Shown here: in pieces, positions 49,688-62,986 of the stretch
Position numbering within the stretch: the stretch's first letter is position 1
Layout: the number at the start of each line of letters is the position of its first letter
NCBI GenBank assembly: GCA_951406725.2
Contig: OX597816.1
Coordinates: 175,274,001-175,338,000 of the forward strand
From: Octopus vulgaris
Lineage: Eukaryota
Length of the DNA stretch: 64,000 bases
Direction of reading: 5' to 3'
Program-made: the position numbers and the translations under genes
The notes under the pieces: model-generated
The model's input: only the letters and a program-made list of their open reading frames with translations
What the model was told of the DNA's origin: nothing
The model's database searches: none

Positions 49688-49842
49688 TAGGCAATGTATT
49701 ACTCAGAAATACAGTAATGAAAGAGTTGAATAATATTGTTTTGAATATTTTGGTTGTATTTGGAAAATATCAGTTGTGAAAAGGGAAATTGAGATTTGCT
49801 GAAATTAAAATAATGAAAAAATTTTTCTTGAATTTCCTACAG

Positions 49843-50032
49843 GGTGGTACGGTAATTGGTAGTGCACGATGTATGTCTTTTCGTGAAAGGGAAGGTCGTT
49901 TGACTGCTGCTCTCAATTTGGTAAAACAGAACATCACCAACTTAGTGGTTATTGGAGGTGATGGTAGTTTAACTGGTGCAAACAAATTTCGTATGGAATG
50001 GCAGTCATTACTACAAGAGCTCGTGGAACAAG
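49843..50032 (+). CDS. PFK: PFK coding exon 4
   Basis: [10 protein letters not shown]...[14 protein letters not shown]...ELVEQ(G); 190 nt; |gtgagt. Confidence 0.97.
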
Positions 50033-51021
50033 GTGAGTAAAAGATATTTGATATTGTATTAGAATTGTCTAATTAGTTACTTTTCTGTCATTGAATGTAT
50101 GTACTTTGGCACATGAGGTGCCGCCGGTGTCGCTTGCTTCCCAAACCCAATGCTCTTCGGTTCAGTCCCATTGTGTGGCACTTTGGTCAGTCTGAGGTTG
50201 AAGGAGAAGACATTTGCCCAAAGTCTCGGGAGTAGATTTGGTAGAGACTGAAAGAAGTCTGTCATGAGTATATGTGGATATGTATATGTGTGTGTGTATC
50301 TGTGTATGCTTATGCTATGTTTGTACTCTATGATGACTTTACAAGTGGTGTTGGTTTGTTTACATCCCCATAACCTAGCAGTTCAGCTAAACAAGCCAAT
50401 AGAATAAGTACCAGGCTTAAAAATAAATACAGGCGTCAATTTGTTTGACTAAAGCAAGGTGGTGCCCCAGCATGGCTACAGTTAAATGATGGAAACGAAT
50501 AAAAGATGAATTTATTCAGCAAAATTTAGTATGTGTGAAATCCACGTGAAGGGTTTAATTCTTTCGCAATTTTTGGCCTCTTTATTGTGTGCCTTGCCAT
50601 TGTTTTGGTGTCGTGTTCTGCATTGTGTCACCGTATGGATGGCATCATTGCTAACATCTGCTGCAAAAGCATGTCCAGCTATTGAGCCGTTCGTCATTCG
50701 AAAGACCTTAGAAACAGTGCCTTTATGAGAGTGGGTTTGCAACTGGAAGAACATCAGGCAAAGCAAATGTTGCCTCAATAAGGTTCATCTCACTCGTGCT
50801 GGCTTTACATGCAAAAAGTGTATATGGGAATACATGTGTGTGTGTGTTTGTTGCACGTATGTATGCATATACCAGCGAGTACACATACATGCATGTATTT
50901 ATGAGAGTATGTATGAATATATGTGCATGTGTATGATTAGTATAATTCTATCTTGATTTTCAATAGCATTTTATATCAGATTTATTGACACATCGAATAT
51001 ATGATATGCATATATAATATC

Positions 51022-51086
<65 letters not shown>

Positions 51087-51139
51087 ATTTATGTTGAGTA
51101 CCTGTTATGGCTTACATTTTATATCTGATTTCTTGGCAG

Positions 51140-51305
51140 GTCATATTACTAAAGACCGTATGGAATCATGTAAACATCTTAACATTGCTGGCATGGTTGG
51201 ATCGATTGACAACGACTTTTGTGGAACTGACATGACAATTGGTACTGATTCAGCCTTGCACAGAATTATGGAGGCTATTGATGCTATTGCAACTACTGCG
51301 TCTAG
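51140..51305 (+). CDS. PFK: PFK coding exon 5
   Basis: [31 protein letters not shown]; 166 nt. Confidence 0.97.
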
Positions 51306-51467
51306 GTAAGATGTTATTTTACAGCTTTGACATCCTATTATTGCTTGGGAATATTTAAAAGAAGAAAATAATTGTAGACTGTATTACAATATTTTCCGGC
51401 ATTCAAGTCGAATTTTTCAGACCAAAATTTACAGCCAGAAAAATGTGGGTTAACTTATAGACCATGA

Positions 51468-52257
51468 CTAGCAGTAATACCCGTTGTTGATCAGGTAATT
51501 ACTTTTACTGCTTCTTGAGCCGAGGAGCTAGAAAAATGGGTATATCATATAGAAGGATAGCTTTACAGAATCCAGTTGACTGCGATGGCACTGAAAAGGC
51601 TGCAGGTCAAGTGGACCATCACTGTTCATATAGAAAAACATTGCATGTCGTGCATTTGTTTGGTGTTTGTTTTTTGGCAGTCTTTTTTTTAGCAGACAAT
51701 TTTTTTTGATTAGGGATATCAGTGAGTAACAGTGAAATGATGTTACAAATGCTGTGTCCTGTCAGTGTTAGTGGTGATATTCCGACTCTACATTACAGGA
51801 ATGGAAGGCAAGACAACAGTAAGTAATAGTCGAATGAAATGACAAATGCTGTGTCCTGTCAGACTTAGGTTTACTCACCCTGTATGTGTGTTTTATATAA
51901 GGGAGAAACTTGTAATAATTGAATTAGAAAAAAAGATGGCTTTCGTATACAAACTTCTGTTCTTCAAGTTGCAATCCAGCAACTTTTAATGTTTGGCCCT
52001 GACTTTTATTAATGCTCCTAGCAAAAGAAAGTGGGATAGGAAACTGTAAGGGTTTAAATTTGAATGGAACATTAAATGGTATAACTGGTGTGTGAGGAAC
52101 GAAGACGGTGTCACGTGTGCCACAACCAATGAGAATATTGGCCTCAGTGCAGTTCGTCATAGATTTGTGCACAATTAGTGTTGCCTCCCTTGGACCATTT
52201 AGTTTCATTTTATGGGACACGCACACAAACGGACAGAATCTCTCTTTTATATAGAGA
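51468..52257 (-). mobile_element. Internally deleted Helitron retaining a PIF1-helicase C-terminal fragment
   Basis: Minus strand A|TCTCTATATAAAA start and CTAG|T end, no TSD; PFKFKPLQFPIPLSFARSINKSQGQTLKVAGL is a PIF1/RepHel motif. Confidence 0.85.
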
Positions 52258-52426
52258 TGTATGATTTTGGCAGACCAAAAATTCCATGTGAAATACATCA
52301 GGATTTGGAAAGATAGTGATATCGTTTGAATGTTTACACTGCATTCTACATCAGCTTGTATGCCTGAAAATACAGTGAGTATTTTTTGTTTTTTCCCATT
52401 GATTAACTTTATTTCTTTTATTGTAG

Positions 52427-52471
52427 CCATCAGAGATGCTTCGTTATGGAAGTGATGGGTCGACATTGTGG
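52427..52471 (+). CDS. PFK: PFK coding exon 6
   Basis: (S)HQRCFVMEVMGRHC(G); 45 nt; tag| and |gtaagt. Confidence 0.96.
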
Positions 52472-52898
52472 GTAAGTAATTTCCATTTGGTATTTTTTTA
52501 AAAACATTTGGAACTAATATGATTATATCTGTATACTTGGATTTGTATAGATTTATTTCTAGAAGCTATTAATGCTCCATGTAATAGTGTTGAGTTTCAG
52601 TGAAAATGTCAGAAAATAATGTTTGAACTGCGTTTCGGGGTCTTACCAGAAGATGCCTGGCCTAAAAATCTCATTTTCAGCTTCTCAGTTATTTTGTAAT
52701 TATATATTTCATGTCATTTTGTGAAGAAGATAGCATTGTTGGTTATATATACTTCCAATAGATTAATTACAAGTTCATATCATTGGCAAAAGTTGATTAG
52801 AATATCTTTTAATTGAATGTGCCAGTTTATAAGTTTCCGTGTCCATGTTTACAACTTACATTTATATACATTGATAAAATAGATTTATGTACATACAT

Positions 52899-52956
<58 letters not shown>

Positions 52957-53216
52957 TTAAGTAGTTGCAGTATGATTTAAGAAGTTTACTTCACAATCGT
53001 GAGGTCTTCGTTTTGATTCCACTGTGCAGTACTTTGGGCAAGTAGGATTTTTTATAGCCTCAAGTTGATTGGTTACTTGTAAGTTAAATCAAGGAAATGG
53101 AAACTCTGTTGAAGCCTGTCAAATAGTTACCAACTTTCATGCTAATTCCATGAGCTTGGTAGTTTAGTTGATTGAACAACTAAACAGTCATGGTTGGAAA
53201 GCTTGACTAAGATCTG

Positions 53217-53253
<37 letters not shown>

Positions 53254-54547
53254 GAAGGCACATGATTTAGTGTGTTGGCATATTCGACTCTCGACTGTAA
53301 GGTCATGAGTGTGATTCCCAGCAATGCATGGTGTTGTTGAGCAAGACACTTTATTTCAGGTTCCTCCAGTCCACTCAGCTGACAAAATGAGTTGTACTTG
53401 TAATTCTAGGGTCCAACCTTGTTGCATTCTATGTCACATTGAATCTCCCTAAGAACTCCATTGAGGGCACACATGTCACTCGCACACTTATTTCATGAGC
53501 AAGCTTTTTAGTTAACTAAATCAACTGGAACACGCACTCACAAAGAAATGCTCATTACTTGCCTCCTCTAATTTATCTAATGGGCATTTAAGAAATATAA
53601 TCAATATTTTATGTTGTAATTATTTTTATTTGCTTCATCATCAATTTTATGATAACTTTAAAAGTATTAAAAAAAAAAAGCAGCATTAATTAAATTTACA
53701 ATTTTGCTACTCCTCTGGCTGTAGTTTTTTTCTTTTGTGATTTGAGATTTATAAGTTTTCTTTTCATGCAAATTGCTTATATACATATATATATATCTGT
53801 CTACATCTGTCTACCTTGCTCTTTCTCCCCGTCTCTCTATTTTTCTTACCTACTAATCATTCTTCCTAATGCAAAATCCAGATAAAAGGAAAGGACGAGT
53901 GCTCATTGTATTTGTGGGTTGGGTAACACTGATGAGATTCATGTTGTTTGTGTTCAGTTTGAATTTATGTATGGCACCACCATCTTCAAGGAAAATACTG
54001 GTAGGGAAGAAATTCAGTGAATTGCAATTCTGGGAAGGAATGGCTTTATAAATTTAATGTCATTGTGCCTACTTTTTATGTTTAGAGTTTTGGGAGTTTT
54101 TGCCCCGTTTACTTTATACATTTACAAATTAAGACTGAGCAAATGAACTTGATTCTAAGTATGGGCTATTCAAGAATAAACTGTATTTTACTTTTAAAAT
54201 ATCAAAATTTGAAAAACTTTTTTTATGGGAAAAAAAAAATTACAATTGAAAAAGTAAATCTGGAATAATTAAAAGCAATTTTAATAATAAAAAGCAAATT
54301 AATAATAAAAAGCAAATTTCTGTTACATATCCACAATAAAAAGAAACTGGTCCCTGTTTCTACCCTTGTAAGTCTGTGACCAATTGAATAATGTTCTTTG
54401 CCTTCGATGGAGACAGGACTATGACTAACCTCTAAGATTATCTTTAGGGAATCCAACTCATTCATATTAGATGTCTGTGATAAAACTGATTTCAAATAAA
54501 AGCATATAATTGTTGATGTCAATAGAAATCTCAAATTTTCTTTGCAG

Positions 54548-54656
54548 CTATTTAGCCTTAGTTGCTGCTTTGGCGAGTGAGGCTGATTGGGTTTTCATTC
54601 CTGAATGGCCCCCAGAGCAAGGTTGGCAAGATGTTCTTTGCAACAAATTAGCTGTT
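54548..54656 (+). CDS. PFK: PFK coding exon 7
   Basis: [36 protein letters not shown]; 109 nt. Confidence 0.96.
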
Positions 54657-54763
54657 GTAAGTTGAATCATTTTCAGAATCATTTTGGAATTAAATGATTA
54701 TATTAAAGATAATTTTTTTTTTTTTTAACATTTTAAAAATTTTATCTACATTTCTTATTTTAG

Positions 54764-54859
54764 GAGAGGACACTTGGTCAAAGGCTGAACATCATCATTG
54801 TAGCTGAAGGAGCAATTGACCGAGAGGGTAATCCCATCACAGGAGACATGGTGAAGAAG
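54764..54859 (+). CDS. PFK: PFK coding exon 8
   Basis: [32 protein letters not shown]; 96 nt. Confidence 0.96.
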
Positions 54860-55920
54860 GTAAAGATTAACGATAATGGATGTTATTCCAACTTTATTAG
54901 CAGTTGACCCTTAAAATCCTAATCCAATCGCAGATAAGTTTCTTTTTATTTCCTAAATATTTTGGGTTCAGTGATGCAACAATATATGTTAAAATGACAT
55001 ATCTATCATCATCATAATTTTCATCATCATTTGCATCCATCTTCCATTTGTGAGGTGGTTTGACAAGATGCAATGAGTTGAAGGACTGCATCATGCTTCA
55101 GAGCCTGCTTTTGTTTCTATGACTGGATGCCCTTCCTAAAACCAACCACTTTTACAGAGTGTACTGGATGCCTTTTTTTATGGCATCTGCAGTAGAGAAG
55201 TCTCTCTGTAACTTGCATTTCTAAAGAGTTCTCTAAACTGTGTGTGTTGTATACAGGCATGCACACATGGGTGCATGTATACAACACTAAACAGTAGCTG
55301 ACTAACTTTTCTGGTTGCTAACATTCCATTAAAGAACCCTAGGAAAGCTTACATGATTTTAAGTGTACTATGTCCACATTTTATCTTGCTTGGGACCCTC
55401 CATCTCTCAATTACCCACCCACACACAAACATTTTATAATATGACCAATTAATATGCCTCCCAGTTTATTAAAAAAAGGAAACTTTTTCAAAGTGAAGTT
55501 CTCTAAATGAGTGAGGTGTACTGTTATTGTCCATGTCTGTTTTCATTGGATTTCCTCACAACTAAATCTCCAATAATTCATAAACCACACAGATACATAT
55601 ACTGCTTCACATTTTCAGTAACACTCTTCAGTTTTTTCTTTTTTTTTTTTGTTTCATGCTAGTATGGGTTGAAGTGTAAAATCACTATAATATCAAGTCA
55701 TTGCTAGTTTGTACATGTCCTCTGATAGCCCAGGTTAAATGAAATTTCCTTGTATATTTTTAGAGAGACCATCAGTCATTTCTTCATGTGCAAAAAGCAG
55801 TCTAGCACAGCTAGCTCCAGATTTCATAATACCCCAAGTGTTCTGAAGTTAACTGAACCAGGGCTTATCTAATGTATTGCATCATTTGGTCACTCCTTAA
55901 AAAACTGTATGTGTATATAT

Positions 55921-56160
55921 CATCATCATCATCATCGTTTAGCGTCCGTTTTCCATGCTAGCATGGGTTGGACGGTTCTACTGGGGTCTGTGAAGCCAGA
56001 AGGCTTCATCAGGCCCAGTCAAATCTGGCAGTGTTTCTACGGCTGGATGCCCTTCCTAACGCCAACCACTCCGAGAGTGTAGTGGGTGCTTTTTACGTGC
56101 CACCCGCACAGGCGCCAGACAGAGCTGGCAAACGGCCACGAACTGATGGTGCTTTTTATG

Positions 56161-56165
<5 letters not shown>
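55921..56165 (-). mobile_element. RTE LINE 3' end
   Basis: Same tail as the other copies. Confidence 0.85.
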
Positions 56166-56224
<59 letters not shown>

Positions 56225-56233
56225 ACATATATA

Positions 56234-56631
56234 TCGCATGAGGAATGTTTGAAGGTGCGACACCAGGGCAAAATCACCTCCCTCCGATATGTCACCCTAA
56301 TGAGACGTCTGCGTTGGCTGGGTAATGCCCTCCGTCGTCGACCAGGAGAATTCATCTACGAAGCAATTGCCCCAGCTCCCCTTCAGGGTTGGCGAAAGCA
56401 ATGTGGTGGACAATGAAAAACCTGGCTGATGACAGTCAAGGCTGATCTGGAACCCAACCTAGGCCCCCATATCTACGGTGTTCGCTGCTGGAATAAGGAG
56501 TGGTTGGAGATCATGCGGTCGTTAGCCTCAAATCGCCAGGCCTGGTCAGCGTTTGTGAGAGATACAGCATTGAGGATGAATGAAGCCAGCTCAACCCACC
56601 CCGGGTGAATGTTGTCGAGAAGAAGAAAAGA
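56234..56631 (+). mobile_element. 5'-truncated RTE-clade LINE of a different family, inserted in (TA)n
   Basis: RRLRWLGNALRR...GWRKQCGGQ*KTWLMTVKADLE..GPHIYGVRCWNKEW...LASNRQAWSAFVRD; (GAA)-like tail. Confidence 0.85.
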
Positions 56632-56836
56632 CATATATATATATATATTCCAAGTCACTGAGTAATAGTTTACTGTGAATACCTGTTAATACTCTTATAA
56701 TAAAAAGGAGCATAAAAATAGTACAAGAGAAAACCAATGAAACCAGCATTCTAAACCTACATGCACATCTCTATATGCTTACATACCTTGATGGAGTTAT
56801 CAATCCATAACTATTGTTTTGTACATTATTTTTTAG

Positions 56837-56983
<147 letters not shown>

Positions 56984-57011
56984 TAAATCTTAGATATTTG
57001 AAAAATTTAAC

Positions 57012-57049
<38 letters not shown>

Positions 57050-57327
57050 AAACTATTTTTATTTGCATGATTTATGAAAAGTATTTTAAGCAACCTTTAT
57101 GGAATTCATTTAGTTTACATTCATAAGTTTAATATGCTGTATAACCACGTTTCCACAAGTACTATGAAATCTAATTTTCTTATTTTTATATTTTTTTGTA
57201 AAAATTTAGTTTTAAGCTCACAAATTAAATATGTTACTCACTTCATTCCCACAGTAGAAGTGTCTGTTCTGTTGTTTAAAGAAGTTTTAAAATATATATA
57301 CATGCTAACCATTGTCTATCGTTGTAG

Positions 57328-57453
57328 GGCTCCAGAATGGGTGCAGAGGCAGTTTTAGCCTTAATGGAAGCAACTCCAGATACACCCGCCTGTGTCGTAT
57401 CCCTTGAAGGTAACCAAACTGTTCGAGTGCCACTGATGGAATGTGTTGAACGG
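57328..57453 (+). CDS. PFK: PFK coding exon 10
   Basis: [42 protein letters not shown]; 126 nt. Confidence 0.97.
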
Positions 57454-57589
57454 GTGAGTTTCATAATTACAAGTGTGTCTAATTGCTGAATAAAATGTTA
57501 TCCATATAATAATGAAATTACGTTATTCAGCAGTTTGTATTAGTCTTTTTAGGTATTAAAACAATAATTGATGAAAAAAAATGTTATTG

Positions 57590-57985
57590 CTGCAAGTGTA
57601 GCTGAGTGGTAAGAAGCTTGCTTCCCAACCATATGATTCCGGGTTCAGTCCCACTGTGTGACACCTTGGGCAAGTATCTTCTACTATAGCCTCAGGCCGA
57701 ATAAAGCCTTGTGAATGGATTTGGTAGATGGAAACCTAAAGAAGCCCATTGTGTGTGTGTGTGTGTGTGTGTTTTTGTGTCTGTTTCTCCCCATTCCACC
57801 ATCGCTTAACAACCAATGTTGGTGTGTTTACATCCCTGTAACTTAGTGGTTCAGCAAAAGAGACTGCTAGAATAAGTACCAGGCTTACAAAGAATAAGTC
57901 CTGGGATTGATTTCAACTAAAAAACACTTTAAGGTGATGCTCCAGCATGACCACAGTCAAAAGTGACTGTCACAAGTAATAGAGG
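57590..57985 (+). mobile_element. Family A SINE
   Basis: Matches the consensus. Another older copy lies at ~50105-50510. Confidence 0.85.
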
Positions 57986-58563
57986 AAAGGAACATATGAC
58001 AATAAACTCTTTGCATATATTTATAATTTTTGTTTTATCCCTCTGAGAGAAATGTGCACTAATACTGATTACACCCTTTCAGTTGACAGATATTCTTTTG
58101 AGAGTGATATTATTCATTCCTTAACAGTAAAGATCCATCAAGCTTTAAGGAGCTGATCATCATAGAAAGCATGCTTCCTACTCAGTTCAATACTTAGATT
58201 ATATGTAGCCTTGTCATTATGAATCATCCAGTTAGCTTTATAGTCTCTCCAAGTTAAGTCTTAATTAAATTTGAGGGATAATTATCAAATCTTTTGACAC
58301 CAAATTTTAAAATTTTATTCATGATTCATTTAAATTATATCATTACCTTAAGCTTTGGGTATCACAGTATTAATGGAAATTTCTCCTTTCCGCTTTCTAA
58401 CTCCATCACTGAAAAGAGAAGGATAACGGCTTTTTAGTTTCACAAAGAGGTGCAAGCAGTTGTGTTCTTGCCCAGGGAAACAACACAATTGTTGCCATTG
58501 TAAGGTTTCAATTTATGACTGCAGAATCGTTTAATCTCAGTTATGGTTTTCTTGTAAAAGTCA

Positions 58564-58964
58564 TAGGGGCAGGAGTGACTGTGGGGTAAGTAGCTTGCTT
58601 ACCAACCACATGGTTCTGGGTTCAGTCCCACTGCATGGCGCCTTGGGCAAGTGTCTTCTACTATAGCCTCGGGCCGACCAAAGCCTTCTGAGTGGATTTG
58701 GTAGACGGAAACTGAAAAGAAGCCCGTCATGTGTATGTATATATATATATCTGTGTGTGTGTTTGTGTGTTTCTGTTTGTTCCCCCAACATCGCTTGACA
58801 ACAGATGCTGGTGTGTTTATGTCCTCGTAACTTAGCGGTTTGGCAAAGGAGACCTATAGAATAAGTACCAGGCTTACAAAGAATAAGTCCTGGAATCAAT
58901 TTGCTCGACTAATGGCGGTGCTCCAGCATGGCCTCAGTCAAATGACTGAAACGAGTAAAAGAGT
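58564..58964 (+). mobile_element. Family A SINE
   Basis: Full-length consensus match. Confidence 0.9.
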
Positions 58965-59105
58965 TATACATCAAACACCATTTCATTATTAGTTGAGGTT
59001 TAATTTTAGGTATATTCATTCAAAAACAATAGAAATAGCTACTAATATTTATTTTGTAAAAGAATCCTAATTTCTATATATATATTCTAACTTTTTATTT
59101 TTCAG

Positions 59106-59170
59106 ACTCAAGCTGTTCAAAAGGCTATGGATGAGAAAAACTTTGATGAAGCCGTTAGGTTGAGAGGAAG
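59106..59170 (+). CDS. PFK: PFK coding exon 11
   Basis: TQAVQKAMDEKNFDEAVRLRG(R); 65 nt. Confidence 0.96.
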
Positions 59171-59798
59171 GTATGAAATCATTTGATACTGTCAAATTAT
59201 TGCGGGGGGGGGTGTGTGCTTGTGATTGGTTATACCTTGACATAAATTAATAACATCGTTTTTGTAAGATATTGAAGAAAAAAAGTTAATTGATATAACT
59301 TGACAAAACGTAAAATTTATTGAAGCCTTAAAAAAAACACCAAATTTTAATGATTTAAAGAAAAAAATGTGAAATAATTAAATATATAAAAGTGCATTTC
59401 TTTAACATAGAAAAAGTTGTACATCTGAAATTGTTTTAAATTCTGAGATAATTTAATTCTGATCATAGAAATCCTGAAAGTACTAATGGCTGTGAAATTC
59501 AGCTGCTGGACCAGCTTTTAGAAGTTCTAAAAGCTAACACAATCATTGTCTCCCATAATAGGGTACACAACTCTTCATGGCTAGCTGCAAAGACAATTGC
59601 TTCTTCAAAATTAAACCTGTTCAAGTGTGTATGTGTTTCCAACGATGATGATGATGATGATAAAATGTAATTTTTTGGACTAATGGGTATATGTCAGTTT
59701 GTGTTAGTAAAGCACATTCACAGTTGGGATATATTTCTGCTGGATCTATTCCAGGAATTCCAGTGTTAGTTGAGATAATAATAATCAACGAATGAAGT

Positions 59799-61655
59799 CA
59801 TCATCATCATCATCATCATCATCATTTAACGTCCGCCTTCCATGCTAGCATGGGTTGGACGGTTCAACTGGGGTCTGGGGAGCCCGAAAGCTGCACCAGT
59901 CCAGTCAGATCTGGCAGTGTTTCTACAGCTGGATGCCCTTCCTAACGCCAACCACTCCGAGAGTGTAGTGGGTGATTTTATGTGCCACCGACACAGGTGC
60001 CAGACGAGGCTGGCAAACGGCCACGCTCGGATGGTGTTTTTTATGTGCCACCGACACAGGTGCCAGACGAGGCTGGCAGACGGCCACGCTCGGATGGTGT
60101 TTTTATGTGCCACCGACACAGGAGCCAGATGAGGCTGGCAAACGGCCACGATCGGATGGTGCTTGTTACGTGCCCACAGCACGGAGGCCAGTCGATGCGG
60201 TACTGGCTACGGCCACGTTCGGATAGTTTTCTTGTGTGCCACGTGCCACCGGCACTGGTACCACAAAGATACAAATTCCATTGATGTTCATCTATTTTGA
60301 TTTGTTTTGATTTTCACTTGCCTCAACAGGTCTTCACAAGTGTCACAAGAAGGAAGGTATGCACAGGTGGACTGACTACGTCCCAGGTAGGGGCCATGGG
60401 TTATGGCCTGACTAGTCTTGCCGGGTCTTCGGATGGTGTTTTTATGTGCCACCGACACAGGTGCTAGACGAGGCTAGCGAACGGCCACGATCGGATGGTG
60501 TTTGTCATGTGCCCACAGCACGGAGGCCAGTCGATGCGGTACTGGCTACGGCCACTTTCGGATGGTTTTCTCTTGTGTGCCACCGGCACTGGTACCACGA
60601 AGATACAAATTCCATTGATGTTCATCTATTTTGATTTGTTTTGATTTGATTTTGATTTTCACTTGCCTCAACAGGCCTTCACAAGTATCACAAGGAGGAA
60701 GGTATGCACAGGTGGACTGACTACGTCCCAGGTAGGGGCCATGGTTTATGGCCTGACTAGTCTTGCCGGGTCTTCGGATGGTGTTTTTATGTGCCACCGA
60801 CACAGGTGCTAGATGAGGCTGGCGACGTCCCAGGTAGGGGCCATGGTTTATGGCCTGACTAGTCTTGCCGGGTCTTCGGATGGTGTTTTTATGTGCCACC
60901 GACACAGGTGCTAGATGAGGCTGGCGAACGGCCACGATTGGATGGTGTTTGTTGTGCCCACAGCACGATGGCCAGTGATGCGGTACTGACTACGGCCATG
61001 TTCGGATGGATTCTTGTGTGCCACCGGCACTGGTACCACAAGCGGTACTGACTACTTTTTATGTGCCACCGACACAGGTGCTAGATGAGGCTGGCGAACG
61101 GCCACGACCGGATGGTGTTTGTTATGTGCCCACAGCACGATGGCCAGTGATGCGGTACTGACTACGGCCACGTTCGGATGGATTCTTGTGTGCCACCGGC
61201 ACTGGTACCACAAGCGGTACTGACTACGGCCACGTTCGGATGGATTCTTGTGTGCCACCGGCACTGGTACCACAAGATACAAATTCCATTGATGTTCATC
61301 TATTTTGATTTGTTTTGATTTGATTTTCACTTGCCTCAACAGGTCTTCACAAGTGTCACAAGAAGGAAGGTATGTACAGGTGGACTGACTACGTCCCAGG
61401 TAGGGCCCACGGGTTATGACCTGACTAGTCTTGCCGGGTCTTCGGATGGTGTTTTTATGTGCCACCATGTTCCCACAGCATGGAGGCGAGTCGATGCGGT
61501 ACTGGCTACGGCCACGTTTGGATGGTTTTCTTGTGTGCCACAGGCACTGGTACCACAAAGATACAAATTCCATTGATGTTCATCTATTTTGATTGATGTT
61601 CACTTGCCTCAGCAGGTCTTCACAAGTGTCACAAGAAGGAAGGTATGCACAGGTG
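59799..61655 (-). repeat. RTE LINE 3' UTR expanded into a scrambled tandem array
   Basis: One (CAT)n tail at 59799, then reiterated UTR blocks that include the ORF end gaagacccggcaagactag (KTRQD*) on the minus strand. Confidence 0.85.
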
Positions 61656-62290
61656 GATGATGGATTTTAGCATTAGTCTATATTTCAGAATGACAATCGT
61701 TTCCACCCCTCTGGCAGTTGTCCTTTTATGGCTGGGATTGATGCAACACATTTCGATGCACAACATAGTACTTAACCATAAAATATTTGGTTGGGACGTA
61801 GACTCCTGAACCACACAGTCTCTTATTCCTCCCTTGCCCACACACACGACAAGCTTCCTGCAGTTTCTGTCTATTAAATTCCAACATAAGACATTAATTA
61901 GCCTGCGCATCAGAATAAAACTCACTTACCAAGATGTCACACAGTTGGATTTAACCACACAGCAACACCTGTGTGGGTTAATTATGCCTAGAATATATGT
62001 AATATATATATATATATATATATACACATAAACCATGCTCATAACATGTATTTAGTTTGTATTTAACCGTAGAAAAAGTAGATGAGTTTTTTTTAATTGT
62101 CAATTTCTGGATATGGTCTGAATTTCATTAAGAGAATGAAATAGATTTGAAATGTTCGTTTGTAATTCTGAGCATTCTGATAGTTTTAATGATGAAATGT
62201 TTTTAATGCAATTTTAGGAGCAATTAAAGTTTATAATTCTTTAAACTTAATTTTCCATGTTTTCTTGTTTTTTCTGTTTACCATTTGTAG

Positions 62291-62366
62291 AAGTTTCTTA
62301 AACAACTTGCTAACATATAGAAAATTAACCAAGTTGCGTCCACCAAGCTCTCGTTGTTCCGTTGGG
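62291..62366 (+). CDS. PFK: PFK coding exon 12 (inter-half linker)
   Basis: SFLNNLLTYRKLTKLRPPSSRCSVG; 76 nt; tag| and |gtaaga. Confidence 0.93.
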
Positions 62367-62646
62367 GTAAGATTACTTTGCCTTTGTAGTATTAATTGTT
62401 GTTTTTTTATGCGTAATGTTTTAGCAGAAATGCTATGTTAACAAGTTCGGTTATTTCTCAAAGGCATTTCCTTAAAGACAAAATTAAGCCACCTATCAAC
62501 TTTCAATCCAACTTTAGCATCTGTATCTCTTGTGGAATTTTCTATCTTTCTAATTGATTATCTCCTAAGTATAAATCTTTGTTGCATATATTATAAATTA
62601 ATTGCTCTCAGCAAATACTAATTTGTCACTTTTGTTATTGTTACAG

Positions 62647-62793
62647 GATAACAGAAACTTAGCTCTTATGAATATTGGTGCCCCTGCATGTGGTATGAAT
62701 GCTGCAATGAGATCTTTTGTTCGCCTTGGTATTACTAAGGGATACAATGTTATAGCAATCCATGACAGTTTTGATGGTTTGCTGAACGACAAT
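62647..62793 (+). CDS. PFK: PFK coding exon 13 (start of regulatory half; gene continues beyond the window)
   Basis: DNRNLALMNIGAPACGMNAAMRSFVRLGITKGYNVIAIHDSFDGLLNDN; 147 nt; |gtaagc. Confidence 0.96.
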
Positions 62794-62986
62794 GTAAGCA
62801 TCGAATCATATATTTCTTCATTTGTTTGCATTTTTGAAACATAAATTATATCAGTAAATCTTTTAAGTTTTAACATAATGAATTATGATTTTACAATTTT
62901 TAAATTTTATTTTTGATCAGTTCAACAAAAATCAAATAAGGATAAACTAAACAGTTAAGATTTTACAGAGAGTGTTTTGCTGAGAC

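Larger units (their letters stand above)
49002..49730. mobile_element. Diverged piggyBac-like MITE interrupted by tRNA-Asp and a SINE
   Basis: ttaa-cccttttgatagcaaccc...ccagcttaataatgacacggttattttactaaatt...aattgaaaca matches 14680-14850; the 3' end cagaaatacagtaatgaaagagttgaa resumes after ~49688. Confidence 0.75.

Noticed and set aside
57481-57535. 13-bp stem (aattgctgaataa/ttattcagcagtt) just after PFK exon 10
   Set aside because: Short and AT-rich, with no C/D or H/ACA boxes and no pairing to the exon.
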